DNA of 64,000 nucleotides from Vicinamibacterales bacterium. Lineage in GTDB: Bacteria; Acidobacteriota; Vicinamibacteria; Vicinamibacterales; UBA8438. Each line of letters begins with the position of its first letter. Position 1 is the first letter of the stretch. Position numbers and translations under genes: made by a program. Location of the stretch: NCBI GenBank assembly GCA_965263195.1, contig OZ253664.1:1763949-1827948 (forward strand). The letters are read 5' to 3'. Positions 62,777 to 64,000 of the stretch are shown piece after piece. The notes beneath the pieces were generated by a model. The model did not search any database. It had not been told where the DNA came from and was given only the letters and a program-made list of their open reading frames with translations.

Positions 62777-63598
62777 TCACTCCGTGTATCCGTCGCTGGC
62801 CGGGCGAACGTACACGCGTTTTTCGTATCGCAAGTCGACGTAGTCGATCTCCGGCACCGAAGCCCGCAAGGCGTGCGCCAGATCGAGATAACGGTCCAAC
62901 CGCTCGATAAACCGCTCGTCGCCGAGATGCAGCAGCGTCGGGTCGTCGCTCAGCAGGACAATCGCGTCCGACGCATCCGACACATCGATCTGGGACACGA
63001 GTCCGGACAGGTCCGGCCGGGCCGCAAGCGCACCCATCAAGTGCGCCACGAGCTGTGCGCGGGCCCGATCGACGGCCGATCCACGTGCGTTCCGCATCTG
63101 CAAGCCATCGATCACCGGCAGCCGGAGATCCGCGAACTGCGGCCGGTACTCGTCGATGACCGTCCCAGTGGCATCGATGAGATAAAGCTGCGTCGCCAGC
63201 CGGACCAGGCCGACCGGTTCGCGCTCGGTGACCGCTACTTCAATGGTAGACGGCAATAGCCGCCGCAGTGTCGCCCCCCGCACCCAACCGGACGTGAGCA
63301 ACAGTTGCCGGTGGGCTTTCAGATCGATTTCAAGGATATTTTCGCCGTGCAACCTGTCGAGGAGCGCCAGCACTTCCCCTTGAGACAGGTAGCGGTTGCC
63401 CTTGATGGTGATGTGCTCGACACGCAGGAGGTCGGAGCGGCTCAGAAGCTGCGCTCCCTGGTGCACCCCGAGCGCCATCACGGTACACGCCAGCAGCAAC
63501 CGCAGGGTGCGGCCGGAGACCGCAAGGGACCGGCGGCGAAACGGTTGCACGCGCGCGCGCCTGAAACGCTTGTCCGCCTGCAGCTGCACTGACGTCAT
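62777..63598 (-). CDS. ftsQ: cell division protein FtsQ (POTRA domain)
   Basis: 273 aa with an N-terminal TM segment, a POTRA region (VEHITIKGNRYLSQGEVLALL) and an FtsQ-type C-terminal domain. Its ATG overlaps the murC TGA (ATGA). Confidence 0.85.
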   Translation of the reverse strand: MTSVQLQADKRFRRARVQPFRRRSLAVSGRTLRLLLACTVMALGVHQGAQLLSRSDLLRVEHITIKGNRYLSQGEVLALLDRLHGENILEIDLKAHRQLLLTSGWVRGATLRRLLPSTIEVAVTEREPVGLVRLATQLYLIDATGTVIDEYRPQFADLRLPVIDGLQMRNARGSAVDRARAQLVAHLMGALAARPDLSGLVSQIDVSDASDAIVLLSDDPTLLHLGDERFIERLDRYLDLAHALRASVPEIDYVDLRYEKRVYVRPASDGYTE

Positions 63599-64000
63599 GG
63601 CTTGGCTCCGGTCTCGCGACGCAACGCTTCCACAATCCGCGCGGGAACCGCCGCAATCGACCCGGCGCCCAGGGTGACCACGACGTCCCCCGCGCGCGCC
63701 TCGACCGCGACCAGCGCCGGAATCAGATCCAGCGAGCCGACCACCCGCACCGGTGTCCGCGAGACGCGGCTGACGGCCGCGGCAACCGCCGCGGCCGTCG
63801 CCCCCGGAATGGGCGCCTCGCCCGCGCCGTAGACATCCGCGAGAAGCACATTGTCGGCCGCGGCGAGCGCCGCGCCGAACCGCTCCAGCAGACGAATCGT
63901 CCGGCTGTACCGATGCGGCTGGAACACCACGTGGACGCGCGCAGGCGCGCGCAGTCTGACGGCCTCGAGCACCGCCTCGATCTCGGTGGGATGGTGGCCG
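63595..64000 (-). CDS. murC: UDP-N-acetylmuramate--L-alanine ligase, C-terminal part (5' end beyond the window)
   Basis: ..HHPTEIEAVLEAVR..VVFQPHRYSRT..LADVYGAGE.. matches the MurC C-terminal domain. The reading frame stays open to the window edge. Confidence 0.85.
   Translation of the reverse strand, partial: GHHPTEIEAVLEAVRLRAPARVHVVFQPHRYSRTIRLLERFGAALAAADNVLLADVYGAGEAPIPGATAAAVAAAVSRVSRTPVRVVGSLDLIPALVAVEARAGDVVVTLGAGSIAAVPARIVEALRRETGAKP

Overview
High-GC (by eye roughly two-thirds or more G+C) bacterial chromosomal segment, mostly housekeeping genes. No rRNA, CRISPR array, prophage or recognisable multi-gene defence locus was seen. Phylum is not determinable from sequence alone. Many long ORFs in the track are antisense shadows of real genes, which is typical at this GC content.

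Gene content, left to right:
- spoT/relA (3' end cut by the window edge) and a TPR lipoprotein.
- tonB-exbB-exbD-exbD operon with a near-consensus promoter.
- Membrane pyrophosphatase, then DUF502-secF-secD-yajC-tgt.
- An isolated ddl, a HEAT-repeat/cyclophilin lipoprotein, and dNK-accD-folC-lptD.
- An envelope cluster: GT4, PHP-family hydrolase, GT4.
- A damaged radical-SAM gene and htpX.
- An accessory patch at about 28.6-38.2 kb. It holds a decayed IS1634-like element with intact inverted repeats, an M20 peptidase, a small secreted protein, and two tandem paralogous ~920-aa LuxR-family STAND ATPase regulators.
- thiC, rpiB-glyA, dinG-like helicase, a TPR/CarboxypepD_reg protein, yggS, lepB-lepA, gltA coupled to a GT2.
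- larB, mutS2-dnaG-rpoD-tRNA(CAU).
- A COG1579 zinc-ribbon gene coupled to an RNase HI/AcpS fusion, a SpoVG-like ORF, and ftsZ-ftsA-ftsQ-murC (partial).

Most notable non-genic signal: a multi-copy, CTAG-bounded, inverted-repeat-flanked non-coding element.
- It occurs in nested sizes of 76, 165, 256 and 294 bp, plus several solo arms.
- Its termini coincide with stop codons or abut start codons.
- Its arms show pairing-preserving substitutions.
- Its conserved AT-rich core has sigma70-promoter geometry.
- Two same-orientation copies bracket ddl, which is missing from its usual place in the dcw cluster.

Everything here is read by eye. No database search, folding or statistics were run.
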